Positions 50,248-59,588 of a stretch of DNA of 64,000 bases are shown here, in pieces. Below the pieces are notes generated by a model. That model made no database searches. It saw only the letters and a program-made list of their open reading frames with translations, and was not told where the DNA came from. Numbering within the stretch: the first letter of the stretch is position 1; each line of letters begins with the position of its first letter. The translations under genes and the position numbers were made by a program. This DNA is from Nitrosotalea sp. (GTDB taxonomy: Archaea > Thermoproteota > Nitrososphaeria > Nitrososphaerales > Nitrosopumilaceae): NCBI GenBank assembly GCA_023252235.1, contig JAHEXH010000002.1:6031-70030 (forward strand). Reading direction: 5' to 3'.

Positions 50248-50994
50248 CTAGGCTGCTTTTTGTTGAACAGGCTTTGTTTCAGCTGGTTTTTGTTCTGCTG
50301 GTTTTTCCTGTTTTGGTTTGTTGTATGTATCTACAAAGTTAACTTTCTCTAGTTTTGGTACAAATTTGAAAATCTCATTTGCAATTGCGCGTTTGACAAT
50401 CTGGAGACCTTCCATCATCATTGCTTCCTCAGGAATATTGACATCAAGTTCTGTTCCTTTGATCTCAAACTTGATCTTTGACTCGTCAATTGGGAATCTT
50501 CTCTTGAGCAATCCCAAGACCTTGTCTTGATCTGTGTCTAGTGATTTGATGACATTAAGATCATAAACAATTGTTTTTCCTGCAAATCTGTGATTAAAAT
50601 CAACTTGAACTCTTCCTGATCCGATAAATCTCACAATTCCTGTTCTATCATCAAGCTCTATTGTATCTCCAACTGTAATCTTTTCTGCATCTTCGCCAAG
50701 TTTTCGAAGTGGAATCATACGAACTTTACCTGGATCTCTTGTTCCAAATCCTTTCTCTGGTGGAACTTCGATTGATAACTTGTCACCTACTTTGGTATTA
50801 GCAAGTGCATCATCAAGACCTTTTAGTACCCATGACTCTCCTACTGAAATGAGTCTTGGTTGGTACTTGACATTTGCATCATAAGTTGAATTTGATTTAG
50901 CATCGGCTTCTCGTGTTGTCTCAAAGATCTCGTTTGAATCTTTAACCTTAGCAGTATAATCTACTAAAACTAAGGTGCCTTTTTGGAAAGCCAA
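50248..50994 (-). CDS. Archaeal long FKBP-type peptidyl-prolyl isomerase
   Basis: VDYT..FETT, GLDDAL, PPEKGFG.RD, VDFNHRFAGK. Confidence 0.93.
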   Translation of the reverse strand: MAFQKGTLVLVDYTAKVKDSNEIFETTREADAKSNSTYDANVKYQPRLISVGESWVLKGLDDALANTKVGDKLSIEVPPEKGFGTRDPGKVRMIPLRKLGEDAEKITVGDTIELDDRTGIVRFIGSGRVQVDFNHRFAGKTIVYDLNVIKSLDTDQDKVLGLLKRRFPIDESKIKFEIKGTELDVNIPEEAMMMEGLQIVKRAIANEIFKFVPKLEKVNFVDTYNKPKQEKPAEQKPAETKPVQQKAA

Positions 50995-51037
50995 CGTGAT
51001 CGATCCTTTAAGTTCCTTATATTAAGTTAACACGAAA

Positions 51038-52180
51038 TTATAATGACTTTAGTTTATCTTCAGCAACTTTGAGTGCTTCTGGATTTGTCTTGTGTCCCAT
51101 CATATCAAGTGTAGATGCTATTGCTGAGATAGTTCTCATTACATGATATCTATGGACCTCTCCCATGCACCCAACTCTGAATACTTTACCTTTTAGTTCC
51201 CCAAATCCACCGGCAACAAGAACTCTGAATTTTTCAGAAAGTGTTCCTCGGAATGTCTTGTCATCAAGTCCTTGAAGATAGTTTAAGGCAATCACAACTG
51301 TTGAACGTGCATCTTGTTTTGCAAATGGTGTAAGTCCCATTGTACTTAGTCCACTGTAAAGTGCATCTGAACAGATTCTATGTCTTCTAATTCTGTTTTC
51401 CATTCCTTCTTCTAGAATAATATCAAGTGCCTCTCTGTATGCGTAAAGTAGAGGAATTGCAGGAGTAAATGGTGTCTCTTTGCTATCATCATAATACTTG
51501 AAGTATCTTGCCATGTTAAAGTAGAATGTTGGAGGAGGATTTGCAATCATGTGCTTCTTTGCTTTTTGACTCACAGCGATTGGTGATATTCCGGGTGGGG
51601 CTGCAAATGCTTTTTGTGAACCAGTAACACATACGTCTACTCCCCATTTATCCATATGAAATTCTTCTCCACCTAGTATTGATACTCCATCTACTACAAA
51701 GAATGAATCGTTTCTTGCAGTAAGATCTTTGATTCTGTCAAGATAATTTACCATTGTTCCAGTTGAGGTTTCATTCCAAACAACGTAGAATGCTTTAGCA
51801 TCTTTATTATTATCAAATGCCTCTTTTACTTGATCAAAAGTTGCATTTTCTCCAAATGGTGTTGTAAGGCGTACAACATTTGCACCAGCCCACTCTAGCA
51901 TTGTTGAAAGTCTGTTACTAAATTCACCATTAACTGGAATTATTACCTTGTCACCTTTCTTTACCATGTTTACAACAGATGCTTCTACTGCTCCAGTACC
52001 AGATGCGCTGAGAGCCACTACATCACTTGTTGTATCAAAAATCTTTTGACTTTTTTCAATGGTATCTACGTATAATTTGACAAAATCTTTACTTCTATGA
52101 TTTATCATGTGAGTAAACATAGAACGTGTTACTCTTTCAGGAACATTTGTTGGTCCTGGTAGCATGACTAAATATTCCAA
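51038..52180 (-). CDS. Class V PLP aminotransferase (serine/alanine-glyoxylate type)
   Basis: MLPGPT, SGTGAVE, NETSTG, DGVS, TGSQKA, TPFTP. Confidence 0.94.
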   Translation of the reverse strand: MEYLVMLPGPTNVPERVTRSMFTHMINHRSKDFVKLYVDTIEKSQKIFDTTSDVVALSASGTGAVEASVVNMVKKGDKVIIPVNGEFSNRLSTMLEWAGANVVRLTTPFGENATFDQVKEAFDNNKDAKAFYVVWNETSTGTMVNYLDRIKDLTARNDSFFVVDGVSILGGEEFHMDKWGVDVCVTGSQKAFAAPPGISPIAVSQKAKKHMIANPPPTFYFNMARYFKYYDDSKETPFTPAIPLLYAYREALDIILEEGMENRIRRHRICSDALYSGLSTMGLTPFAKQDARSTVVIALNYLQGLDDKTFRGTLSEKFRVLVAGGFGELKGKVFRVGCMGEVHRYHVMRTISAIASTLDMMGHKTNPEALKVAEDKLKSL

Positions 52181-52222
52181 ATAAATTCTCCAACTTTTGA
52201 GAAAGTTAACCGCTATTTATAA

Positions 52223-52720
52223 TTAAAGAATCTTGGAAAGTCTGGTCTTTGCGTCTATTTTTAAGAGCACTTTTTTGGTTCCGTCAGGAACAAGATCTGA
52301 CCAATCTTTACTGCTATAGATCATCTCCCGAATGTTCGTTCCAGATATCACATCCCTATTCAATAAAGGAACTTCGATGACATTTTTTCCTCTTTTTTTG
52401 TACAATGTAATAGTAAAGTCATCATTGGAAAATACTACATCATATTCAGGTACAATAGAATCAACGTGATGGGTCCACCTTTCGTGATCACCAGTATCTG
52501 GTACATAGTATATCTCAACACGCTTCAGTTTCTCAGAATCAAGAGAAGAAAGAATCATTTCCTTTCGTTCATCAGCTGTGAATGGATTTCTTTTTTCATA
52601 GCTCTTATTTGAGCTTCCAATTCCAATCCATAGTTTTTCAACCTTTGATAATCCAAAATTCACAGCTTCCAGATGTCCTTTATGAAATGGTTGGAATCTA
52701 CCAATTAGAAGTCCATTCAT
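52223..52720 (-). CDS. nadM: Nicotinamide-nucleotide adenylyltransferase
   Basis: GRFQPFHKGH, NPFTADER, ISGTNIR. Confidence 0.95.
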   Translation of the reverse strand: MNGLLIGRFQPFHKGHLEAVNFGLSKVEKLWIGIGSSNKSYEKRNPFTADERKEMILSSLDSEKLKRVEIYYVPDTGDHERWTHHVDSIVPEYDVVFSNDDFTITLYKKRGKNVIEVPLLNRDVISGTNIREMIYSSKDWSDLVPDGTKKVLLKIDAKTRLSKIL

Positions 52721-52789
52721 TGTCGAGATCTTGTCACACTTGTTTAAAAAACCATCATTAATTAGATTCTAAAATTAAACGAGCTAGTC

Positions 52790-53812
52790 ATGGAGCCAAT
52801 AAAAATAGATGGTGAATTTGGTGAAGGTGGAGGCCAGATAATCCGAAGTGCAGTCACATTGTCTGCCATTACAGGCAAACCAGTCGATATAGAAAATATT
52901 CGAAAAAATCGTAAAATACCAGGCTTGAGACCGCAGCATTTGCTTGGGGTAAAAATATTGTCAAAAATTTGTCAGGCTAGAGTGGAAGGCCTTTATGTGA
53001 ATTCTACTTCTCTAAAGTTTTTTCCTTCTCAAGGTTTGAACTTGGATCTTCAAGAAGATATCGGAACTGCAGGAAGCATTCCATTGATTTTACAAGTTTT
53101 AGTTCCTGCTGTTTCACTTATGAAAAATAGTTTGAAATTATCAATCATTGGTGGAACAGATGTTCCTTGGAGTCCAACATCTGATTATACAAAATATGTT
53201 TTGGATGAAGCATTTTCCAGAATTGGAATCAATTTTACTTGTAATATCAAAAGACGAGGATATTATCCAAAGGGTGGAGGACTTGTTGAAACTCAAATAC
53301 AGCCTTGTAGCAATTTGAATTCTATATCGCTTGTAGAAAGGAAAACAACTTCTGCAAAACTCTTGTGCTCTTATTCTCAGATTCCAAAAGAAATAGTAGA
53401 AAAAGAGATGCAAAATGCAAAGACTGTTCTTGATAGAAAAGGATTTGATTGTGAGATTTCAATTAGAGAAGAAAGTGCATCAGATAGGGGATGTTCAATT
53501 CTAATATTTTCACATGACAAAAATTCAGTTATTGGCTCTGATGGAATATATCAAAAGAGTTTGAGTGGTCTTGGCGAGTCAGTAGCAAAAAAATTCATTG
53601 AATCAAATCTTGGTGTTGATCTTTGCCTTTCAGATATGTTAGTAGTTCCACTTTCACTCATAAAAGAGACTTCAGTATACAGAGTAAAACAAATTACAAA
53701 ACATTTGGAGACAAATCTTTTTGTTGCATCCAAAATAACTGGTTGCAAGTATGGAATAGGTAAACTGGATGACGGTTTTGAAGTAAGAATATCCGGAATC
53801 TCAGACGCCTGA
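52790..53812 (+). CDS. rtcA: RNA 3'-terminal phosphate cyclase
   Basis: DGEFGEGGGQIIR, PGLRPQH, GGTDV, RRGYYPKGGG, TKHLETN (adenylated His). Confidence 0.95.
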   Translation: MEPIKIDGEFGEGGGQIIRSAVTLSAITGKPVDIENIRKNRKIPGLRPQHLLGVKILSKICQARVEGLYVNSTSLKFFPSQGLNLDLQEDIGTAGSIPLILQVLVPAVSLMKNSLKLSIIGGTDVPWSPTSDYTKYVLDEAFSRIGINFTCNIKRRGYYPKGGGLVETQIQPCSNLNSISLVERKTTSAKLLCSYSQIPKEIVEKEMQNAKTVLDRKGFDCEISIREESASDRGCSILIFSHDKNSVIGSDGIYQKSLSGLGESVAKKFIESNLGVDLCLSDMLVVPLSLIKETSVYRVKQITKHLETNLFVASKITGCKYGIGKLDDGFEVRISGISDA

Positions 53813-54295
53813 GTGAAGTAATGCAGCCATCAGAAGTATAGCTAAAGAGAGTATTACTGTCAATCTACCTAGCATGATAATTTTTGAACGTAGTTTTTGT
53901 AAGAATTCACCAGAAAGTTGTTTTGACTCTATTTTTCTTTCTACTTCAGATCTGATCAATCTTACATGCACGGCAAATGTAATTATCAATATAATTACAA
54001 GTATTATCTTGATGAGAAGAACTATTCCATAGCTTGTGGAAAGTATCAATTCCGGTTTTACAATGAAACCAACAGAATTGTAAATTCCAGTTACAATTAA
54101 TACAATAAGAGATGGAACTCCAATTTTATTGAATTTACGTCCTACACGGATCATTATTGAGAGTCTTCCCTCTATAGAATCTGAAATTGTCTTAAGAAGA
54201 GGAGCAAGAACTATTCCAATGAATATTGAACCACCAACCCAAATTGATGCTGCAATAAGATGCGCCCACATTATGAGTGCGTCAACAAGTGACAT
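53801..54295 (-). CDS. CopD-like copper-resistance membrane protein
   Basis: WAHLIAASIWVGG, TGIYN, YGIVLLIK; four TM segments. Confidence 0.8.
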   Translation of the reverse strand: MSLVDALIMWAHLIAASIWVGGSIFIGIVLAPLLKTISDSIEGRLSIMIRVGRKFNKIGVPSLIVLIVTGIYNSVGFIVKPELILSTSYGIVLLIKIILVIILIITFAVHVRLIRSEVERKIESKQLSGEFLQKLRSKIIMLGRLTVILSLAILLMAALLHSGV

Positions 54296-54386
54296 TGCTC
54301 TATTTGCAGAATCAACGAATAATATCTATTATCATCTGAACTTCTGAGAAGGTTTTTTAATTGAACAAGCCCCGTAGCTTCTAGAT

Positions 54387-54884
54387 TTGTTAAGTAAGGG
54401 AAGAATGGTCATATTGGCGTGTTTTGCTGGCCTTGGTGCAATGTTTCTATTTTTCATTCTTTATGCAAATTCTTTTCAAGGTGATCTTGAGAAGGTAACA
54501 ATTCAGGTTGATAGTGTTAAAGTTCTTGATGAGAATAAATTGAATAAACGTGCACATCTTGATGTAAGATTCAATCTTCAAAATCCTACACCCATTACAT
54601 TGACTGTTTCAACAATTAATTATGAATTATTTGCAAATGGAAATAGACTTGGAGAAGGACATTTATCAACAGAAGATATTCCAGAAGCTGGCAGACCCAT
54701 TCTTTTTGCAAATAACAATGCTACTTTACCCAATACATTTGATCTTGTAAATAGCGAAAATATTGCAAATGAGTATTCTGCTATAATGAATAATCAACCA
54801 GTAAAATATGAAGTAAAAGGACAAGTAACTATACAATCATTTTTGACAGCTGTTACCAAAGATTTCGATATAACTTTGGGTTAG
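54387..54884 (+). CDS. Membrane-anchored LEA_2/WHy-like domain protein
   Basis: N-terminal TM; FNLQNPT..INYELFANGNRLGEG. Confidence 0.72.
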   Translation: MLSKGRMVILACFAGLGAMFLFFILYANSFQGDLEKVTIQVDSVKVLDENKLNKRAHLDVRFNLQNPTPITLTVSTINYELFANGNRLGEGHLSTEDIPEAGRPILFANNNATLPNTFDLVNSENIANEYSAIMNNQPVKYEVKGQVTIQSFLTAVTKDFDITLG

Positions 54885-55279
54885 CCTAAACCCCAGCTTA
54901 TTTTGGTCTTGGGTGTAATTTTTACAAAAGGTGCTTCATTTTCTTTCCAAGGATTTTCTCTAACCCATGCAAACTTTTTGTAAAATATTTCATAGAGTTT
55001 TTTGAAGTGTGGTCCTTTCTCGATAAAAGTTGTAGAGCCTTGAACAACAACAGCTTTGTGATTTCCAGGCGAGTAAATGTCTACAGAAATTGCAATTTTG
55101 TCGTTCTTTTTGAGATTTGCATACTTTTTGGTATCATAATCTGTTGCAAAGTAAAAGAAACCATCTTCAAAAAAATATGTCACCGGTGAAATATGCGGTA
55201 CATCTTTTGTGCAGGTAGCTATTCTACACCCTTCATTTTCCTTAAGGAATTTTGATTCTTTTATTGTAAATTTTATCAC
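54881..55279 (-). CDS. Pyridoxamine 5'-phosphate oxidase-like split-barrel (FMN/F420-binding) protein
   Basis: RIAT..PHISPVTY, TKKYANLKKN, ISW terminus. Confidence 0.88.
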   Translation of the reverse strand: MIKFTIKESKFLKENEGCRIATCTKDVPHISPVTYFFEDGFFYFATDYDTKKYANLKKNDKIAISVDIYSPGNHKAVVVQGSTTFIEKGPHFKKLYEIFYKKFAWVRENPWKENEAPFVKITPKTKISWGLG

Positions 55280-55312
55280 ATTTTGTAACCATTTACATTA
55301 AATAAAAAGAAA

Positions 55313-55386
55313 TGGGCCGAGAGAGATTTGAACTCTCGACCACCCCCGTGTCAGGGGGGTATCCTACCAGGCTAGACCATCGGCCC
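55313..55386 (-). tRNA. tRNA-Val(GAC)
   Basis: Reverse complement folds as a cloverleaf: acceptor GGGCCGA/TCGGCCC, anticodon arm CCCCC-CTGACAC-GGGGG, T-arm GAGAG-TTCAAAT-CTCTC; CCA not encoded. Confidence 0.96.
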
Positions 55387-55466
55387 AATAGAATTCGACC
55401 TTACTCTAGACGTTATTAACGTTTAAGAAAACAAGAATAATATGCAATGTATCAAGTGACTATCAT

Positions 55467-56177
55467 ATGATTGGTGATTTTTCACCAGAAGAAAAAGATG
55501 GCTTTTACAAGGCAGTCTTTTCTAGACGTGACGTTAGATCTCATTTTACTTCAGAATTAATTGATGAACAAGTGCTCACACGAATACTAAATGCTGCACA
55601 TCATGCTCCATCCGTAGGATTCTCCCAGCCTTGGAACTTTATTCTAATCAAGAATGAAGAAACAAGAAAGCAAGTAAAGGATTCATTTGATAAAGAAAGA
55701 ATCCGTGCTTCTGCTCTTATTGAGGATCCAAAAAGATCAAAGTATCTATCACTTAGACTTCAAGGAATTTTAGATTGTGCAGTAAATGTATGCATAACAT
55801 ATGATCCCACAAAGTTTGGCCCCTTTGTCATAGGAAGATCAAGTATTCCAGAAACAGGCATCTATAGTGTTTGTTGTGCCATACAAAATCTCTGGCTTGC
55901 AGCAAGAACAGAGGGAATTGGTGTTGGATGGGTCAGCATACTTTCAAATGATGATCTTAAGAGAATTCTTGAAATTCCAGATCATGTCGTTCCTGTTGCT
56001 TACTTGTGTCTTGGTCATGTATCAAATTTTGCAGAAAAGCCAGATCTAGAAAGTGCTGGCTGGTTACCACGTCTTGGTCTGAAAGATGTTATCTTTTATG
56101 AGAAGTGGAACAAGGATAATGATCCTAATTGGCAACAAATTCATGAGATGATTGTTTCAAACCTTGATTACGCTTAA
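55467..56177 (+). CDS. bluB: 5,6-dimethylbenzimidazole synthase (nitroreductase fold)
   Basis: RRDVRSHF, AHHAPSVGFSQPW, YSVCCAIQNLWLAAR.EG.GVGWVS, PDLE..GW. Confidence 0.93.
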   Translation: MIGDFSPEEKDGFYKAVFSRRDVRSHFTSELIDEQVLTRILNAAHHAPSVGFSQPWNFILIKNEETRKQVKDSFDKERIRASALIEDPKRSKYLSLRLQGILDCAVNVCITYDPTKFGPFVIGRSSIPETGIYSVCCAIQNLWLAARTEGIGVGWVSILSNDDLKRILEIPDHVVPVAYLCLGHVSNFAEKPDLESAGWLPRLGLKDVIFYEKWNKDNDPNWQQIHEMIVSNLDYA

Positions 56178-56202
56178 ATGCTTACCAGCTCTGATTTTTT
56201 CT

Positions 56203-56295
56203 GGGCTCGTGGCGCAGAGTCATATTGACGCGAAACATGGATAGCGCGGTAGCCTCCTAAGTTACAGGTCGAGGGATCGAAGCCCTCCGAGCCCG
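56203..56295 (+). tRNA. tRNA-Arg(CCT) with ~18-nt non-canonical D-loop intron (approx. 56218-56235)
   Basis: Acceptor GGGCTCG/CGAGCCC, D-stem GCGC/GCGC, anticodon arm GTAGC-CTCCTAA-GTTAC, T-arm GAGGG-ATCGAAG-CCCTC; D-loop 18 nt too long. Confidence 0.9.
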
Positions 56296-56315
56296 TCTTA
56301 TTTTAAATTAAAAAT

Positions 56316-56735
56316 TTAGGTTGCAGTTGTTCCCGGTGTTGTGTTTTTCACTACAGCTTTGTAGATATCAACTGTGTAATCTCCCTCAAAGATATGGATT
56401 ACCTTGTCACCTTCAATAGATTTTACTCTGAAATAGTGTTCATAGGAGCCATCACTTTTTACATTAGTTTGTGCAAAGTACACCGGTTTTCCATCCTTGT
56501 ATATCTGAATTACAACAGGATAGCCTGGAGCAGCATTTTGTACTGTTCCCCAAACACAACCAAATGGTAACTTGCTGTCTCCTGGAATATGCATAGAAAC
56601 AATATTCTTTTGCAAAACAACATTTTCTTCAGGTACTAACTTTTGATCCCACTCTACACCTTGGGATGTAGACAATGTGAGACTTGGAAGTAAAAGTATG
56701 AAGAATCCGAAGATTGCGCCTATTAGTAACTTCAT
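56316..56735 (-). CDS. Secreted hypothetical protein
   Basis: Signal peptide; beta-rich WGTV..YPVVIQIY..AQTNV..DGSYE. Confidence 0.7.
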   Translation of the reverse strand: MKLLIGAIFGFFILLLPSLTLSTSQGVEWDQKLVPEENVVLQKNIVSMHIPGDSKLPFGCVWGTVQNAAPGYPVVIQIYKDGKPVYFAQTNVKSDGSYEHYFRVKSIEGDKVIHIFEGDYTVDIYKAVVKNTTPGTTAT

Positions 56736-56790
56736 ACCAATAATTCTGTATTGTTAAATATTAAGATGACGCATCTATTATTTACATCAC

Positions 56791-56910
56791 TTGATATCAG
56801 AAGAAAAACTAAACGATGGATGTAGGTGTGATTGCCATTATGGTGGAGCAATAAGTTGTCCTTCATGTAAAAACAATCACGGTAAACATTCCTGTGCACA
56901 TTGCAAGTAA
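56791..56910 (+). CDS. Putative Cys/His-rich metal-binding micro-protein (39 aa), not in ORF track
   Basis: From TTG: MISEEKLNDGCRCDCHYGGAISCPSCKNNHGKHSCAHCK*; stop abuts the stop of the convergent gene at 56911. Confidence 0.6.
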   Translation: MISEEKLNDGCRCDCHYGGAISCPSCKNNHGKHSCAHCK

Positions 56911-57123
56911 CTATTTTTTCTTTTTTGCGCTTTCCTTTGCTACCAAAGCCTTCAGATTGGCAAGATCTACTTTTAGTTTCTCAATCTCAACAAGTGTTTG
57001 AAGGCTTGATATCTCCGATTTTAGATTTCCAATCTCTTCATCTTTATTCTTAAGTGAATTTCTAAGTGAATCTAATTCAGCATTTAATTCAGATTTTGCC
57101 TGACTTATCTGACTTGATGTCAT
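56911..57123 (-). CDS. Small coiled-coil protein
   Basis: Continuous heptad pattern across 70 aa. Confidence 0.7.
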   Translation of the reverse strand: MTSSQISQAKSELNAELDSLRNSLKNKDEEIGNLKSEISSLQTLVEIEKLKVDLANLKALVAKESAKKKK

Positions 57124-57155
57124 CTGTAGAGTCTGCTGATTATTATTATAGTTAG

Positions 57156-57365
57156 TTAGCTTTTTTTTTCGTGTACATCCTCATGGCCTTCATATCTATG
57201 CATATAGTCAGCACTCTTTTGAGCCAACCAGCATATTGCTACTAGGAACCAAGCAGCTGATATGAAAACCATCATAGTAAAATGAACTGCATCAGGAAGT
57301 ACAAAATACAAGCCACTTAATGTTACAGCGAGACAAGTGACTACAATTGTAGGAATATGTCCCAT
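57156..57365 (-). CDS. Small two-TM membrane protein with His/acidic tail
   Basis: Two hydrophobic helices; tail MHRYEGHEDVHE; TATA-like TTTATA upstream. Confidence 0.7.
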   Translation of the reverse strand: MGHIPTIVVTCLAVTLSGLYFVLPDAVHFTMMVFISAAWFLVAICWLAQKSADYMHRYEGHEDVHEKKS

Positions 57366-57453
57366 GAATTTACATCTATGACAGTAGAATATAAATAGTA
57401 ATGGAGATTTTCAGAATAAAAAATGACTTTGTAAAAATGAAAAAGGGGTTATG

Positions 57454-57711
57454 CTAGTCACTGCTTTGAGTAGTTTTTCCTTGCGCGATCTCTATTTCTG
57501 GAACTTCAGACTGTAAAATCTTTATTTTTTGTAGAAGTTCATTTCTAAGATCTCTAGCTACTCGTCTTACGGTTGGTCTTGGAACCCCAAGTTCTTCTAC
57601 TACTTTTGAGTAGATATCTTGTTTATCTGTAAAGCCTTTGTCAAGCAATTCATTGATTGCTTGTTTGATGCTTGTGCTTTGAGTAGTACGATTCACGAAT
57701 TTTATTTTCAA
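57454..57711 (-). CDS. Small HTH-like protein
   Basis: DKQDIYSKVVEELGVPRPTVRRVARDL. Confidence 0.7.
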   Translation of the reverse strand: MKIKFVNRTTQSTSIKQAINELLDKGFTDKQDIYSKVVEELGVPRPTVRRVARDLRNELLQKIKILQSEVPEIEIAQGKTTQSSD

Positions 57712-57970
57712 GACGTTCTATATAAGACTGTTACTATGTTTTTTGTAATAATTTTTGATACTTGAAAAATTGACTTTGACACAAAAACAAAATTGCGTGT
57801 TTGTATCATAAAATTATAGTTTTTGAAGAAATTTTACAAACAAGGATTTACCTAAAATGTTTTTATCGTACGAATCTGTTATGATGATACAGAATTAGCA
57901 ACTGATCTAAAACCTTACTGCATAGTAAAGTGGAGAAAAGTTCTTATGATTAAAAAGTAATTGTCAAAAG

Positions 57971-58450
57971 GTGTCCAAGGCTACTATTGAAACAAATTTT
58001 GGTAACATAGTCTTTGAATTATTTCCAAATATTGCTCCAGAAACTGTCAGAAATTTTGTTAAATTGGCAAAAAGTAATTTTTATGATGGCACGTTATTTC
58101 ATCGTGTAATTCCAGGTTTTATGATTCAAGGCGGAGACCCAAATACAAAGAAGTCAGATAAGAGTCAATGGGGCATGGGCGGACCAGGATATACAATAAA
58201 GGCCGAATTTAGCTCCAGATCTCATCTTAGAGGCATAGTATCCATGGCAAGAGCTATGGACCCTAATAGTGCAGGTTCCCAGTTTTATATCGTAACAACA
58301 GATAGTACTTTCCTTGACAAGCAGTATACAGTCTTTGGACAAGTCCAACAAGGAATGGACGTAGCAGATAAGATTGTCAAGCTTCCAAGAGACAAAAATG
58401 ACTGTCCGCAACAAGAAGCAAAGATTATTCGTATAAGCATATCAGAGTAG
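57971..58450 (+). CDS. Cyclophilin-type peptidyl-prolyl isomerase
   Basis: FHRVIPGFMIQGGDP, SMAR, AGSQF, YTVFGQV. Confidence 0.96.
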   Translation: MSKATIETNFGNIVFELFPNIAPETVRNFVKLAKSNFYDGTLFHRVIPGFMIQGGDPNTKKSDKSQWGMGGPGYTIKAEFSSRSHLRGIVSMARAMDPNSAGSQFYIVTTDSTFLDKQYTVFGQVQQGMDVADKIVKLPRDKNDCPQQEAKIIRISISE

Positions 58451-58459
58451 GAAGTAAAG

Positions 58460-59467
58460 TTGAAAATTCTCCTCAGTCTTCTTATCATACCGGCACTAAT
58501 CTTTTCAGGTTCTCAAGTATTTGGTCAACAGCTATCCATGGGCCAAAATCCTCATGAAAGAATCGCAATTACGATTGATGAAACTGGAACCGCACATGTA
58601 ACACATAGTGTCAAAGGACCAAGTCTGAGTCCCATCCAAGTGGATATGATAGATGGTAATATCGCCAATCTTTCTGTGACAGATGTTAATGGTGGATCAG
58701 TAGAATATGCAAGTATGCAAAAGGCACCAATATCCATTATTTTAAACACTTCACAACGAAACATGACTTTGATCAAGTATGATTTAGTTAATGTTGTTTC
58801 AAATAAGGACGGCATATGGAAATGGAATTATTATGAACCACAGGATACCGATTTTACTGAATTTCATTTTCCAAAGGGAGTTGACATGGTCTGGGCAAAT
58901 GGAAGACCTGTTTATCTTGGTGAACGCGGTCTAGGTCAACATGGAAATGGATTTGCATTAGAATACATCATAAATGAACCTGTAAGTACTCAAAATGTCC
59001 AATTTGGAGATAAGAATTTTGTAGTTGGAGTAAGAACGGTTTCAGGACTTGGAGGATATGTTTTTGATCAATCACAAAGGACTTATACATTTAATGTAGA
59101 CAAGGAAAAGGTACCAATTACTGTAATAATGCCACAAGAACTTTTGTCTGGACCATACTATGTGAAATTAAATGGTAATGTAACATTGTATCAAGAATTT
59201 CATAAGAATGGAACCCATGCATGGATTGGACTTGAACCAGCAAAAAGCGGCACTGTCCAGATAAAAGGAACTGCCGTAGGTCAAGGATTGCAATCTACCA
59301 CAGATCAGGGAGGACAAGAAGCTACTGTAGTTCAAGAGCAACAACCTACTGGGTCTAGTGTTCCTGTCTCATTCAATAACATGATAATTCCTATTTTGAT
59401 CATAGGTGTCATAATAGCAGGAATAATTGGAGTTATAATCGCAAAAAAATCAAGATCAAAAAAATAA
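58460..59467 (+). CDS. Secreted, C-terminally anchored hypothetical protein
   Basis: Signal peptide, beta-rich body, Gln/Thr linker, TM plus basic tail. Confidence 0.75.
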   Translation: MKILLSLLIIPALIFSGSQVFGQQLSMGQNPHERIAITIDETGTAHVTHSVKGPSLSPIQVDMIDGNIANLSVTDVNGGSVEYASMQKAPISIILNTSQRNMTLIKYDLVNVVSNKDGIWKWNYYEPQDTDFTEFHFPKGVDMVWANGRPVYLGERGLGQHGNGFALEYIINEPVSTQNVQFGDKNFVVGVRTVSGLGGYVFDQSQRTYTFNVDKEKVPITVIMPQELLSGPYYVKLNGNVTLYQEFHKNGTHAWIGLEPAKSGTVQIKGTAVGQGLQSTTDQGGQEATVVQEQQPTGSSVPVSFNNMIIPILIIGVIIAGIIGVIIAKKSRSKK

Positions 59468-59588
59468 CCTTGATCCTTCCTACTCTATTTTCTCACCGTA
59501 ACTATCGATCCTACAGGTAATTTCACCAGTTCTTTTGAAATTTTCAGGAAGACTTGGTTTCAACTAGATTATTAATAACCAAAGATCA

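Noticed and set aside
56767-56853. Alternative short ATG ORFs (MTHLLF..., MDVGVIAIMVEQ)
   Set aside because: Very short and featureless; the Cys/His frame explains the region better.
57156-57365. Accessory ammonia monooxygenase subunit
   Set aside because: Size and topology are suggestive, but no amo genes are in the window and I cannot recognise the sequence; needs a profile search.
57881-57925. C/D box sRNA (ATGATGA at 57881, CTGA at 57902)
   Set aside because: Only one box pair; no C' box or terminal D box follows, so chance occurrence is likely.
55313-57970. tRNA-anchored integrated element
   Set aside because: No integrase, and no duplicated tRNA 3' end (att site) noticed; bluB between the tRNAs is a housekeeping gene.
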